Below are positions 7,946 to 17,592 of a stretch of DNA of 38,928 bases, in pieces. The DNA is from Omnitrophica bacterium RIFCSPHIGHO2_02_FULL_46_20 (lineage in GTDB: Bacteria; Omnitrophota; Gorgyraeia; 2-01-FULL-45-10). Under the pieces are notes generated by a model. The model saw only the letters and a program-made list of their open reading frames with translations, made no database searches and had not been told where the DNA came from. A program made the position numbers and the translations under genes. Location: assembly GCA_001804065.1 (NCBI GenBank), contig MHFG01000040.1:1-38928 (forward strand), written 5' to 3'. Each line of letters begins with the position of its first letter. The stretch's first letter is position 1.

Positions 7946-9002
7946 TCGCCACCTCCAAATTCGGCTCGGCGCTCAAATAAAGGTCAGATCTATATCCTCG
8001 CTTATACAATTCTTCTCCCAGAACGCCGATCATGGCCGCATTATCCATGCAATATTCTTTTTTCGGGAAATACGCTTTTATCCCGCCGGAAAATTTCGCG
8101 GCATTCTCAAATTTTTCTCTCAGCCTGGAATTGGCGGCAACGCCCCCGCCCACAACTATCCTTCTAACCTTATAAAGTTCGGCCGCCAAAAATGCCTTAT
8201 CCACCAATGAATCTAATACTGTTTCCTGAAACGAGTAACAAATATCATTAATCTCTTGGCGCCTGGCCCTGCCTGTTCCTCTAATCCCGAATGGCGAGAG
8301 GGGAGCCCCTGGCGCCAAAGCCGGCATGCCTCTCACGTAATATAATACCGCAGTTTTAATCCCGCTGAAACTAAAATCCAGCGAATCTTTCCCAAGATAA
8401 GCCTTCGGAAATTTTATCTTATTTCGATTTTTTGAAAGTTGAGCGCTTTTTTCAATAACAGGCCCCCCCGGATAACCTAGTTTCAATATCTTAGCGACCT
8501 TATCGTAAGCCTCTCCTGCGGCATCATCCTGTGTCTGGCCTAATAGTTTCTGTTTATAACCATCGCTGCAATAGAATAATGCCGTGTGCCCCCCGGATAC
8601 TACAAGCCCCACAAATGGATATTTCGGCGCTTTTTCCTCGCTTAAGAAAGCGCTGTACAAATGAGCGAGGACATGATTTACGCCTATAAGCGGCACGGAT
8701 AAGCTGTAGCTTAAAGACTTCGCTAATGATATTCCCGTAAGCAGCGCGCCGACCAGTCCGGGGCCATTCGTCGCGGCTATCAATCTTATATCTTTTATCT
8801 CTTTTCGCGCGGACTTTAATGCCTTTGTCAACGCTCCTAAAATATACTCAACATGAAATCTCGAAGCTATCTCAGGCACTACCCCTCCGTACTTTTTATG
8901 AAGATGGACGCTTGACGAAACTATGTTTGAATAAATAAGCCTGCCTGACGTAACCGAGACGCCTGTCTCATCGCAGGAAGTCTCTATGCCTAAAGTGAGC
9001 AT
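7938..9002 (-). CDS. tsaD: tRNA N6-threonylcarbamoyltransferase TsaD
   Basis: LGIETSCDET, GGVVPEIASR, GPGLVGAL, VSGGHT, DDAAGEAYDK, FSFSGIKT, GGVAAN, DNAAMI. Confidence 0.96.
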   Translation of the reverse strand: MLTLGIETSCDETGVSVTSGRLIYSNIVSSSVHLHKKYGGVVPEIASRFHVEYILGALTKALKSARKEIKDIRLIAATNGPGLVGALLTGISLAKSLSYSLSVPLIGVNHVLAHLYSAFLSEEKAPKYPFVGLVVSGGHTALFYCSDGYKQKLLGQTQDDAAGEAYDKVAKILKLGYPGGPVIEKSAQLSKNRNKIKFPKAYLGKDSLDFSFSGIKTAVLYYVRGMPALAPGAPLSPFGIRGTGRARRQEINDICYSFQETVLDSLVDKAFLAAELYKVRRIVVGGGVAANSRLREKFENAAKFSGGIKAYFPKKEYCMDNAAMIGVLGEELYKRGYRSDLYLSAEPNLEVANA

Positions 9003-9003
9003 T

Positions 9004-9846
9004 TTATTTAACCATATCTGATAAGCGCACGAACACGATCCCGTCAGCCGCCAGTTCCGGCATCATTTTGCTTAAAACGGCTATGGTATTTTTTCTATCA
9101 TGACAAATCGCTATAGCGCGTCCATTTTTAAAAGCAAATTTTCGTAATGCCAGGGCTTGCCTCTCTATGTAATCCGCGGAATTTGTGTTATCCAGGAACA
9201 TATCCCTCTTGGCGTAAGGTACGCCTAGGGCGGCGGCAACATCACGGCATATTGATTTTTGGGTTACTAAGCTGTCGAAAAAGAATAAGTTTCTTTTCTT
9301 TAGATCTTTTAGGATGATCGTCATCAAGGCCTTGTTCTCTGTGGCCTTTGAGCCCTGATGATTCGAAGTTCCTCTCAAGCCTGTAATATTTTCTATATTC
9401 TTTTCCAGAATAGCGATAACTTCTTTCTCATCCATGCCGGTCTTTATTGTGCCTGCTTCCAGAGGAGCCGATTTATCATTTGCCTCCAAAGGCAAGTGTA
9501 ATATCACTTCGTAGCCTTTCGAGCTGGCGAGTTCAGCCAAACGGCGGGAATAAGGCAAGTTCGGCAATATTGAAAAGGTTATCGGGCTCTTCGCGGCAAA
9601 TAACTCTTCGAGGTCATTCATATTGTAGCCAAAATCGTCCATTACGATAACGACTTTTGGGTGAGGGTGTTTTTTTTGTATGGACGGCAGGACGCTTTTC
9701 TTTATGGTTTCTTTGATAACAGCGCGCTTTGGGATTACAACTTTTTTTCCCGGAACATGCGCCCAGCGCCAATAGATAAGTCCTATCGCGGTAGTTAGAA
9801 TTAAAATTACTGCGGCAGTGATTATTATTATTATTTTAGTTTTCAT
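9004..9846 (-). CDS. Divergent polysaccharide deacetylase (YibQ family)
   Basis: IVMDDFGY, ILHLPLE, NHQGS, FFDS, RDMFLDN, AIAICH; N-terminal TM; follows ctpA as is typical. Confidence 0.9.
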   Translation of the reverse strand: MKTKIIIIITAAVILILTTAIGLIYWRWAHVPGKKVVIPKRAVIKETIKKSVLPSIQKKHPHPKVVIVMDDFGYNMNDLEELFAAKSPITFSILPNLPYSRRLAELASSKGYEVILHLPLEANDKSAPLEAGTIKTGMDEKEVIAILEKNIENITGLRGTSNHQGSKATENKALMTIILKDLKKRNLFFFDSLVTQKSICRDVAAALGVPYAKRDMFLDNTNSADYIERQALALRKFAFKNGRAIAICHDRKNTIAVLSKMMPELAADGIVFVRLSDMVK

Positions 9847-9866
9847 ATCTTATCACTTATCTCTTT

Positions 9867-11150
9867 TTACTGATTACTTTTTCTATAGATCTTTAGCGCT
9901 TTCATTAAATCGACGGCCCTCTCCAGCTGGCTGTCGCGCTCAATCTCCTCTTTTGCTTTAGGCCGCTTTTCTTCTAATTTAGCCGCGTTTTCTCCCCCTA
10001 TCTTCTCAAAAATATCCGATGGCGATTTTTTCTTATCTTTTAACTCGTAACGCTCAACTATAAGATCAGGCATAACGCCCTGGTTCATTATACTCTTCCC
10101 GCTGGGTGTAAAATATGCCGCCGTTGTGAGCTTTAATGCTGAGGAGTCCTTTAGCGGAATAACGGTCTGGACGGATCCTTTTCCGAAAGTTTTTGCGCCG
10201 AGGATCACAGCGCGCTTGTTATCCTGCAATGCGCCTGCCACTATCTCGGAAGCGCTTGCAGAACCTTCGTTCACGAGTACGACGATAGGATAATTTGGAT
10301 GTTGGGAATTTACCTTAGATTTATAAAGCATGTCTTGTGATGCTTTTCTGCTTTTTGTGGAGACAACCGCAGTATCTTTGGGCAGGAATTTCTCGCAAAC
10401 CTCGATGGCGGAATCGAGCAGGCCCCCGGGATTATTCCTTAGATCAAGGATTAGCGAATCCATCCCTTGCGCCTCAAGTTTTTTCAAAGCCCCTTCCAGT
10501 TCTTGCGCGGCTTTTTCCTGAAATTCGATAAGTTTTACATAGCCTATTTTTTCGTCTATAAGATATGCGTCTTTGACGCTGTTTATTTTAATGATGGCGC
10601 GTTTTACCGGAATATCGAAAACCCTCTCCTCTTTTTCTCTCCATACAGTAAGCGTCAACTGCGTCCCAGGGTCGCCGCGCATCATCTTCACAGCGTCATT
10701 CAAAGTCATATCTTTTGTAGTCTTGCCATTTATTTTAACTATCCTATCGCCGGATTTTATGCCGGCCGCGTCTGCCGGTGTGCCGGCCATTGGAGCGATT
10801 ATGGTAATGATGCCGTCTTTCGATGTTATCTCAATGCCTATACCACCGAACTCTCCCTTCGCTCCGACCGTTATCTCTTTATATTCATCCGGGTCCATGA
10901 ATTGACTGAAGTCATCGAGCGATGACAGCATACCCCTGAGGGCTCCATATATCATCTTCTTCGAGTCAACCTCACCGACATAATCATTTCGTATAGCGCT
11001 TATGGCGTCTGAGAATAATTCGACCTGATTATAGAGGTCCTCCTTGGATTTGGCCTTGCTATCCTTCTGGGCCTCATAACCGCCCATCGTCAAAGAAGAG
11101 ATTAGTATGGCCGCTGTGACAAGAAAAGCTATTCTCAGCCTTTTTGACAT
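9867..11150 (-). CDS. ctpA: Carboxyl-terminal processing protease (S41A, PDZ)
   Basis: GEFGGIGI, LILDLRNNPGGLL, SASASEIVAGALQD, TFGKGSVQ. Confidence 0.93.
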   Translation of the reverse strand: MSKRLRIAFLVTAAILISSLTMGGYEAQKDSKAKSKEDLYNQVELFSDAISAIRNDYVGEVDSKKMIYGALRGMLSSLDDFSQFMDPDEYKEITVGAKGEFGGIGIEITSKDGIITIIAPMAGTPADAAGIKSGDRIVKINGKTTKDMTLNDAVKMMRGDPGTQLTLTVWREKEERVFDIPVKRAIIKINSVKDAYLIDEKIGYVKLIEFQEKAAQELEGALKKLEAQGMDSLILDLRNNPGGLLDSAIEVCEKFLPKDTAVVSTKSRKASQDMLYKSKVNSQHPNYPIVVLVNEGSASASEIVAGALQDNKRAVILGAKTFGKGSVQTVIPLKDSSALKLTTAAYFTPSGKSIMNQGVMPDLIVERYELKDKKKSPSDIFEKIGGENAAKLEEKRPKAKEEIERDSQLERAVDLMKALKIYRKSNQ

Positions 11151-11154
11151 AAGG

Positions 11155-12591
11155 TCATTCCGCTAAATGTTTTTTGAGTATCTCATTGACAATGGACGGA
11201 TTGGCCTTGCCTTGAGTCTGGCGCATTACCTGCCCCACTAAAAACGTCATTGCATTCTTCTTTCCATTTTTATAATCATTGACCGATTTTCCATTTTTGG
11301 ATAAAACATTTTTTATTATCTGATCTATTCTTTCTCTATCGCTGATCTGCAACAATCCTTTTGACTCCACTATCTCATAAGCGTTTTTTTTAGTTTCAAT
11401 CATCTCGATTAATACGTCTTTTGCCGTCTTACCGCTTATCTCTTGACTATCGATCATCTCTAACAGCCCGATAAGGTTTTTAGACAGTACGCCGAGTTCT
11501 ATTATGCCTGAATTTTTAATATTCATCTGCGCCATGATGTCGCATGTGATCCAGTTTGCGATCGTCTTTTTATTTTCATATTGTTTAGCGCACTCTTCGA
11601 AATAATCGGCCAGATCGATCTGGCTCGTAAGTATCTTCGCGTCATATTCAGAGAGGCTGTAATCCTTTACGAATCTATTCGTCCTGGCCTCCGGAAGTTC
11701 GGGCAAAGCCTTCCTTATCTCTTCTATAATAGTCTTTTCTACCATAAAAGGGACCAGGTCCGGCTCCGGGAAATATCGATAATCCTGGGCCTCTTCTTTC
11801 GACCTCATGGAAATAGTCGCCATTTTTCCGGCGTCCCAAAGCCTCGTTTCCTGAATTATATTTTCTTTCGCTTCAAGCAGAGAAACCTGCCTGTCGGCCT
11901 CATACTGCAATGCCTCCCTTACCCATCTGAAAGAATTCATGTTCTTTACTTCGACCTTGACGCCGAGCTTCTTCTCGCCGGACTTTCTTATAGACGCATT
12001 TGCGTCGCACCGCAAACTGCCCTTCTCCATATCGCAGTCCGATATCCTAAGATATTGCAGTATGGCCTTTAAGGCTGTGAGGTAATCGTAGGCCTCTTGA
12101 GGAGAGCTTATATCAGGCTCCGTAACGATTTCGAGCAGCGGCATGCCCGCTCTATTAAAATCTACGAGGCTGTAACTAGCTTTGGCGGGATGCGTTAGTT
12201 TGCCGGCATCCTCTTCCAGATGGATGCGCTTTATCCTCACTCTTTTTCTATCGCCGCCGGAAGTTATCTCGAGCGATCCGTTATACGAAAGCGGCATATC
12301 ATATTGAGATATCTGGAAGTTCTTGGGCAGGTCAGGATAATAATAATTCTTCCTGTCGAATTTTACCAAACTCTGTATGGCGCAATTCAACGCAAGAGCG
12401 GCTTTAATAGAATAAAGAAAAGCTTTCTCATTCAGGACCGGTAATGAGCCCGGGAACCCCAGACACACCGGGCAGGTCTGGCTGTTAGGCCTTGAACCGA
12501 ATTTTGTAGAACAGCCGCAGAACACTTTTGTTTCAGTCCGAAGTTGAAGGTGAACCTCTAATCCTATTACTGTTTCATAAGTTGTGTTCAT
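11155..12591 (-). CDS. gatB: Asp/Glu-tRNA amidotransferase subunit B
   Basis: [41 protein letters not shown]. Confidence 0.97.
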   Translation of the reverse strand: MNTTYETVIGLEVHLQLRTETKVFCGCSTKFGSRPNSQTCPVCLGFPGSLPVLNEKAFLYSIKAALALNCAIQSLVKFDRKNYYYPDLPKNFQISQYDMPLSYNGSLEITSGGDRKRVRIKRIHLEEDAGKLTHPAKASYSLVDFNRAGMPLLEIVTEPDISSPQEAYDYLTALKAILQYLRISDCDMEKGSLRCDANASIRKSGEKKLGVKVEVKNMNSFRWVREALQYEADRQVSLLEAKENIIQETRLWDAGKMATISMRSKEEAQDYRYFPEPDLVPFMVEKTIIEEIRKALPELPEARTNRFVKDYSLSEYDAKILTSQIDLADYFEECAKQYENKKTIANWITCDIMAQMNIKNSGIIELGVLSKNLIGLLEMIDSQEISGKTAKDVLIEMIETKKNAYEIVESKGLLQISDRERIDQIIKNVLSKNGKSVNDYKNGKKNAMTFLVGQVMRQTQGKANPSIVNEILKKHLAE

Positions 12592-14024
12592 AGTTTCGGA
12601 TTTTCCCTGTGAAAGCCCGTGCTTTGCTCAAAAGTGTAAGCGGCCCTGAACAGCGTCTCTTCATCGAACGGTTTAGCTAATATCTGCAGTCCTATCGGCA
12701 GATTGCCTTTCGTAAATCCGCATGGTATAGAGATAGCCGGAATTCCCGCAAGATTCGCGGATATCGTGAATATATCCGATAAATACATGCTTAACGGATC
12801 ATCCATCTTTTCGCCTATCTTAAAAGCCGCTGTCGGAGAAGTAGGGGTGATTATACAGTCGCAATTTTTGAATGCGTTGTCGAAATCCTCTTTTATCTTC
12901 GTCCTTACCTTCTGCGCCTTGAGATAATAGGCGTCATAGTAGCCGGTAGACAGGCAATATGTCCCTAAAAGGATCCTCCTCTTAGCTTCGTTACCGAATC
13001 CTTTTGAACGTGTTTTTATATACATGTCGATGAGGTCGCTCGCATTTTCAAATCTAAATCCGTATTGCACACCGTCGAACCGCGCCAGGTTCGAGCTTGC
13101 CTCCGCAGGCGCCACTATGTAATATGTGCTTACCGCGTATTGAGTATGAGGCAATGATATCTCTACGATCGTAGCGCCGAGATCCTTTAAGAGAAAGACC
13201 GCCTTTTTGACGCTCGACTCAACTTCTTTATCTATTCCCTCTATGAAATATTCCTTCGGGACGCCGATGCGTAAACCCTTGATATCTTTGGTTAGCGATC
13301 TTGTGTAATCCGGAACAGCTATGTCGACGGACGTCGAGTCCATCTCATCGTAACCGGCTATTGTATTCATCATAAGAGCGGCGTCTTGGACATCTTTTGT
13401 GATAGGGCCTATCTGGTCCAGGCTGGATGCAAAAGCTATCAAGCCGTATCGCGAAACTCTGCCATAAGTTGGCTTCAATCCTACGACCCCGCAGAGGCTC
13501 GCTGGTTGTCTTATCGATCCGCCTGTATCCGACCCGAGCGCTAAGATAGTTTCGTCGCTAGCGATAGCCGCGGCAGAGCCTCCGCTTGAACCGCCGGGTA
13601 TCCTTTCCAGATCCCACGGATTTTTAGTCGGGCCGTAGCAAGAGGTTTCACATGAGGAACCGAAGGCGAACTCGTCCATGTTAGCCTTGCCGATGGGTAT
13701 AGCGCCCTCATCTTTAAGCCTCTTTATGACAGTGGCATCGTAGGGAGGTTTAAAACCTTTCAGTATCTTCGATCCACAGGTAGTTTCTTCATCCTTGACG
13801 CAGATATTATCTTTTACTAGAACAGGAATGCCGTATAATTTACCTTTTTTATTTTCCGGAATCTTCAAAATACATTCTTCATTCAATCTTACAAAAGCTT
13901 TTATCCTTTTATCTAAATCTCCTATCCTTTTGAAAAGACTTTCCAGAATTTTAGAAGGGCTGATTTCGTCCTTACCTATCTTGGCCTGCAGTTCGTGAGC
14001 CGTTAATAAATACGGTTCTTGCAT
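12588..14024 (-). CDS. gatA: Asp/Glu-tRNA amidotransferase subunit A
   Basis: Amidase signature [32 protein letters not shown]. Confidence 0.97.
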   Translation of the reverse strand: MQEPYLLTAHELQAKIGKDEISPSKILESLFKRIGDLDKRIKAFVRLNEECILKIPENKKGKLYGIPVLVKDNICVKDEETTCGSKILKGFKPPYDATVIKRLKDEGAIPIGKANMDEFAFGSSCETSCYGPTKNPWDLERIPGGSSGGSAAAIASDETILALGSDTGGSIRQPASLCGVVGLKPTYGRVSRYGLIAFASSLDQIGPITKDVQDAALMMNTIAGYDEMDSTSVDIAVPDYTRSLTKDIKGLRIGVPKEYFIEGIDKEVESSVKKAVFLLKDLGATIVEISLPHTQYAVSTYYIVAPAEASSNLARFDGVQYGFRFENASDLIDMYIKTRSKGFGNEAKRRILLGTYCLSTGYYDAYYLKAQKVRTKIKEDFDNAFKNCDCIITPTSPTAAFKIGEKMDDPLSMYLSDIFTISANLAGIPAISIPCGFTKGNLPIGLQILAKPFDEETLFRAAYTFEQSTGFHRENPKL

Positions 14025-14320
14025 TATTTACACTCTATGATCTGCGGAACCTTGAAGGAGTCCCCTTCCTTAGAAGGAGCATTCTTCAACACATCATCAA
14101 GCTCAAGAGATTTTTTCAATATATCTTTTCTGAAAACATTTTTAAGCGCGGCCATAGGATGGCTTGTCGGCGGGACGGTCTTGGTGTCTATTTCCTTTAA
14201 TTTGTTTATATATGATACTATAGACGCTAATTGCCTGGAATAAATCTCTAATTCCTTCTCATCCAATTCTATCCGCGAGAGAAAGGCGACGCTCTTAACT
14301 ATCTTTTTATCAATGCCCAC
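14024..14320 (-). CDS. gatC: Asp/Glu-tRNA amidotransferase subunit C
   Basis: [18 protein letters not shown]...FKVPQII; GTG start at 14320 after GGGAG; the ORF-track start 14374 lies inside the promoter. Confidence 0.92.
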   Translation of the reverse strand: MGIDKKIVKSVAFLSRIELDEKELEIYSRQLASIVSYINKLKEIDTKTVPPTSHPMAALKNVFRKDILKKSLELDDVLKNAPSKEGDSFKVPQIIECK

Positions 14321-14331
14321 GCGCGTAACTC

Positions 14332-14351
14332 CCTGCCTGCCGGCAGACAGG
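14332..14351. repeat. 20-bp palindrome in the gatC leader
   Basis: CCTGCCTGCCGGCAGACAGG, self-complementary with one mismatch, overlapping the SD. Confidence 0.75.
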
Positions 14352-14364
14352 CTTATTTTAATAT

Positions 14365-14393
14365 AACTTACCACACGTCATCAACTTTGTCAA
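14365..14393 (-). promoter_or_regulatory. sigma70-type promoter of the gatCAB operon
   Basis: TTGACA-17 nt-TAAGTT with extended TG. Confidence 0.6.
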
Positions 14394-14565
14394 ATCATCG
14401 CTTAGCCCCCGCAGCATTTCTACGATCAGGCGTTTACTTTTGTGGCTGGCCACAAAAGTTCCGCCAAATCAATATACAAAAGACTCACTCGCGTCACCCG
14501 TAAAATCTTGCACCAGGTACAGAATTACGATGCAACCTGTCCCTAAATTAAGCTTCAACCTGTCC

Positions 14566-14757
14566 CCATGGAAAATTCGAGGGGTGACACTGCTATAGCC
14601 TTTTGGTGAATGGGCGAGAGGGGACTATCGGCTAAAAGACTTGCTACCTATGATCTATGGACAAGCTACTAAAGCTAAAATTGGATGAACACTGCCACCC
14701 TCGAGCCCTAAAAACAAAAGGCTGTAGCAGTGGCAGGACCCCTCGAATTTTCAATGG
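14566..14757. repeat. About 190-bp long-stem element (MITE or structured RNA)
   Basis: Imperfect IR of about 40 bp, 14566-14605/14715-14757; inner GGGCGAGAGGG/CCCTCGAGCCC. Confidence 0.7.
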
Positions 14758-14836
14758 CCCTTCGGCACCTATGCTTTGCTCGGTGCCGATGGTGAGCATA
14801 GTCGAACCATCGGCAGGCTTGAGAGCCCGTGAAATC

Positions 14837-15676
14837 TTAACTCAATTCGTTTGAAATTTTTGCGAAGGATTGGAGCGGCATATCCTCGGGGCGGGAGTGA
14901 GGATCGACGCCTGCCTTACTAAAAATATCGGCCAATTCCTTCTTCGTAACGGCTAAAACTTCTTTACGCGACAAAGAATTGATGATGGATTTGCGCTTCT
15001 GATTAAAAGAGCCCCTTATTATTTTAAAAAACAACTCTTCGTTCTTAACGCTGACCGAAGGCTTGTCGAGAATGACGAGTCTCACCAAGCTCGAATCGAC
15101 TTCCGGCGCGGGATAAAATGAGCCGCGTTTTATCGTATAGATATAGCGCGGCTTCGTATAATACTGGACAAAACAACTGATAGAGCCGCGATCTTTCAAA
15201 CCCGGCTGCGCAAGGAGCCGATCCGCGACCTCTCTTTGCATCACGATTAGAATCGAATCTATTAAATGCCCATTCTTGATTAAATATTCTATTATCGGCG
15301 TTGTAATATAATAAGGAAGGAGGCCTATGACCTTTATCCTTTTCTTTCCCGATATTATTTTTAGATCGAATTCCAGGATATCATCGTTAAAAAGTTTTAG
15401 GTTTGGATAATCATCCCTAATCAGCTCTTTAAGGATCGAGAAGGCCTTTTTGTCTTTCTCTACGGCAAAAACCTTCGCGCCGGACGAAGCAAGGTCTATT
15501 GTAAGCGCGCCGAAACCCGGGCCGATCTCCAGAACCGTATCGCCTTTTCCTATATAGGCCTCGCTGATAATCTTATCCTTGATATTCCCGTCTATGAGAT
15601 AATTTTCGCCGAGCCTCTTCAGGGGTGAGAAGTTATAAATTGAGAACAGCTCTTTTAGCTGGTTTTGTGTAAGCAT
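14837..15676 (-). CDS. rsmA: 16S rRNA m6,2A1518/1519 dimethyltransferase RsmA/KsgA
   Basis: KRLGENYL, VLEIGPGFGALT, AVEKD, MQREVADRL, FYPAPEVDS; conserved surA-pdxA-rsmA order. Confidence 0.94.
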   Translation of the reverse strand: MLTQNQLKELFSIYNFSPLKRLGENYLIDGNIKDKIISEAYIGKGDTVLEIGPGFGALTIDLASSGAKVFAVEKDKKAFSILKELIRDDYPNLKLFNDDILEFDLKIISGKKRIKVIGLLPYYITTPIIEYLIKNGHLIDSILIVMQREVADRLLAQPGLKDRGSISCFVQYYTKPRYIYTIKRGSFYPAPEVDSSLVRLVILDKPSVSVKNEELFFKIIRGSFNQKRKSIINSLSRKEVLAVTKKELADIFSKAGVDPHSRPEDMPLQSFAKISNELS

Positions 15677-15677
15677 A

Positions 15678-16631
15678 TTAATTTTCAGAAAGCCGGCATG
15701 CTAATAGGATGGCCTCTTTCATTGAGGCGGGATCGGCGATACCCTTTCCCGCAATATCGAAGGCTGTGCCGTGGTCAGGAGAAGTCCTTATGAATGGCAG
15801 GCCCAAAGTCAGATTCACTCCGTCTCTAAAATACAGCGTCTTGAACGGCGCAAGCCCCTGGTCATGATACATCGCGATAACAGCGTCAAACTTACCTCTA
15901 ATCGCCTCGTAGAATATCGCATCCGGCGAAATCGGGCCGTAAATGTTCTTTATATCCCCGAGAGACAATTTTATCCCCGGTATTATTACCTTTGCCTCTT
16001 CATCACCGAACAATCCGTTGTCTCCCGCATGAGGATTTAAGCCTGCTACGCCTATCTTGGGATCCTTGATCTTGAAATATTTTCTTAAATAGCCCGCGGC
16101 AAGCATTATCGTTTTGTGGACGGAGTCTGTCGAGATAGAACGCGAAACATCCTTTAGCGCGACGTGGCGTGTAACAAGCGCGACCTTCAGCCTCTTTCCG
16201 ACGAACATCATGGCAAATTCCTTCGTATCCGTCTTAGCCGCAAGATATTCTGTGTGGCCCTTAAAATCATTGAACCCTGCGCTGCGGACAGAGGTTTTAT
16301 TGATAGGGGCCGTGACAAGCGCGTCCGCTTCTCCCTTCTTTAGCATTGTAACGGCTCTATCGATATATTCTACCGCTGCTCTTCCGAAAGAAGGTTGATG
16401 TTGGCCATAAGAAAAATTATTTTGCGGAACGTTGGACAAATCTAAAAGAGACAGCTCCGGCTTTGTCCCTAAATCTTTTTTGCTCTTTTCTATTATGAAA
16501 CGGTCTCCTATAACCGTAATATTGGCGAGGCGCGAAAATATTTTATCGGAAAGCGCTTTAACTATAACCTCCGGACCAATGCCGGAGGGGTCTCCCATGG
16601 TAATTATGACGCGAGGCTTATTTGAATTCAA
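15678..16631 (-). CDS. pdxA: 4-hydroxythreonine-4-phosphate dehydrogenase
   Basis: ITMGDPSGIGPEV, VTAPINK, GHTEYLA, GLNPHAG, MYHDQGL, IRTSPDHGTAFDIAG. Confidence 0.96.
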   Translation of the reverse strand: MNSNKPRVIITMGDPSGIGPEVIVKALSDKIFSRLANITVIGDRFIIEKSKKDLGTKPELSLLDLSNVPQNNFSYGQHQPSFGRAAVEYIDRAVTMLKKGEADALVTAPINKTSVRSAGFNDFKGHTEYLAAKTDTKEFAMMFVGKRLKVALVTRHVALKDVSRSISTDSVHKTIMLAAGYLRKYFKIKDPKIGVAGLNPHAGDNGLFGDEEAKVIIPGIKLSLGDIKNIYGPISPDAIFYEAIRGKFDAVIAMYHDQGLAPFKTLYFRDGVNLTLGLPFIRTSPDHGTAFDIAGKGIADPASMKEAILLACRLSEN

Positions 16632-17592
16632 TGTAGGCGCTTTTGGCGAGAGAAGATATCCAGCCCTTTAATTTCTCGTTTGCCTTTTCTCTATACAGAT
16701 ATTCTTCTATTTCCTGGCGCACTTCGGAAAATTCTTTACTCCTCGGCGCCCTCTTTTCTTCCACTTTGAATATATGGTACCCGAGCTGTGATTGTATAAT
16801 ACCGCTTGTCTGTCCTTCTTTCAGATTATATACTATGCCCTCTATCTGCGGGAGAAGGTCGCCTTTTTTTACATAGCCCATTAATCCGCCTTCGCCGGCC
16901 CAGGGGCCGTCAGAGTATTCTTTCGCAAGGCCTTCAAAGTCACAGCCCTCTTTAAGCCTCTTTAATATATCTCGCGTAAGTTCGAGCGATTTCACGCTCC
17001 CGCCTTCTTGTTCATTCTTTGGTTTTATCAATATAGCCCTTAATTTAATCTCTTCCGGCTGCAAGAATTCGTCCTTATGCGCATTATAAAAATTCTTTAC
17101 TTCTAACGGGGTGATGATGATCTTGGCGCCTACCTTCTGGTCTATGAGCTTACGAATGATTATCTTTTCTTTGTAGCGCTCGGACAGCTCCTTCAGCGTG
17201 AGGTTCTGCTCATTAAGCATATTCTCAAGATCTCCTTCGGAGCCCATCTTCTTTTTTAATTCATTTATTTTAGCGTCGACCTCTTTTTGCTCGACGGCTA
17301 TATTTTGTTTCTTCGCCTCGCTTAAGATGAGCCTGTCCTCTATAAGCTGCTTCAATATCAGCTCCCGCGCCTCTTCAAGCCTTCGTATGAGCTCCTCGCC
17401 TTTGTACGTTGTCCTGTACTGCCCGTAGATTGGCGACAGTATAACGTCTATTTCGCGCTGCGTTATAATTTCATTGTTGACGACGACTACAATCTTGTCT
17501 ACGACCTCGGCATCAGTTGCCTTCGCTATACACGCAAAAAGCGCGCAAAATAAAATTATTAAAAATAAAAACTTCTTCATAAATCCATTCAT
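16618..17592 (-). CDS. surA: SurA-like periplasmic chaperone/parvulin PPIase
   Basis: Signal peptide, VDKIVVVVNNEIIT, FEGLAKEYS..GGLMG, GYHIFKV. Confidence 0.8.
   Translation of the reverse strand: MNGFMKKFLFLIILFCALFACIAKATDAEVVDKIVVVVNNEIITQREIDVILSPIYGQYRTTYKGEELIRRLEEARELILKQLIEDRLILSEAKKQNIAVEQKEVDAKINELKKKMGSEGDLENMLNEQNLTLKELSERYKEKIIIRKLIDQKVGAKIIITPLEVKNFYNAHKDEFLQPEEIKLRAILIKPKNEQEGGSVKSLELTRDILKRLKEGCDFEGLAKEYSDGPWAGEGGLMGYVKKGDLLPQIEGIVYNLKEGQTSGIIQSQLGYHIFKVEEKRAPRSKEFSEVRQEIEEYLYREKANEKLKGWISSLAKSAYIEFK

Noticed and set aside
14657-14854. 65-aa ORF in the gatC-rsmA gap
   Set aside because: Lies across inverted repeats, with no SD or protein-like features
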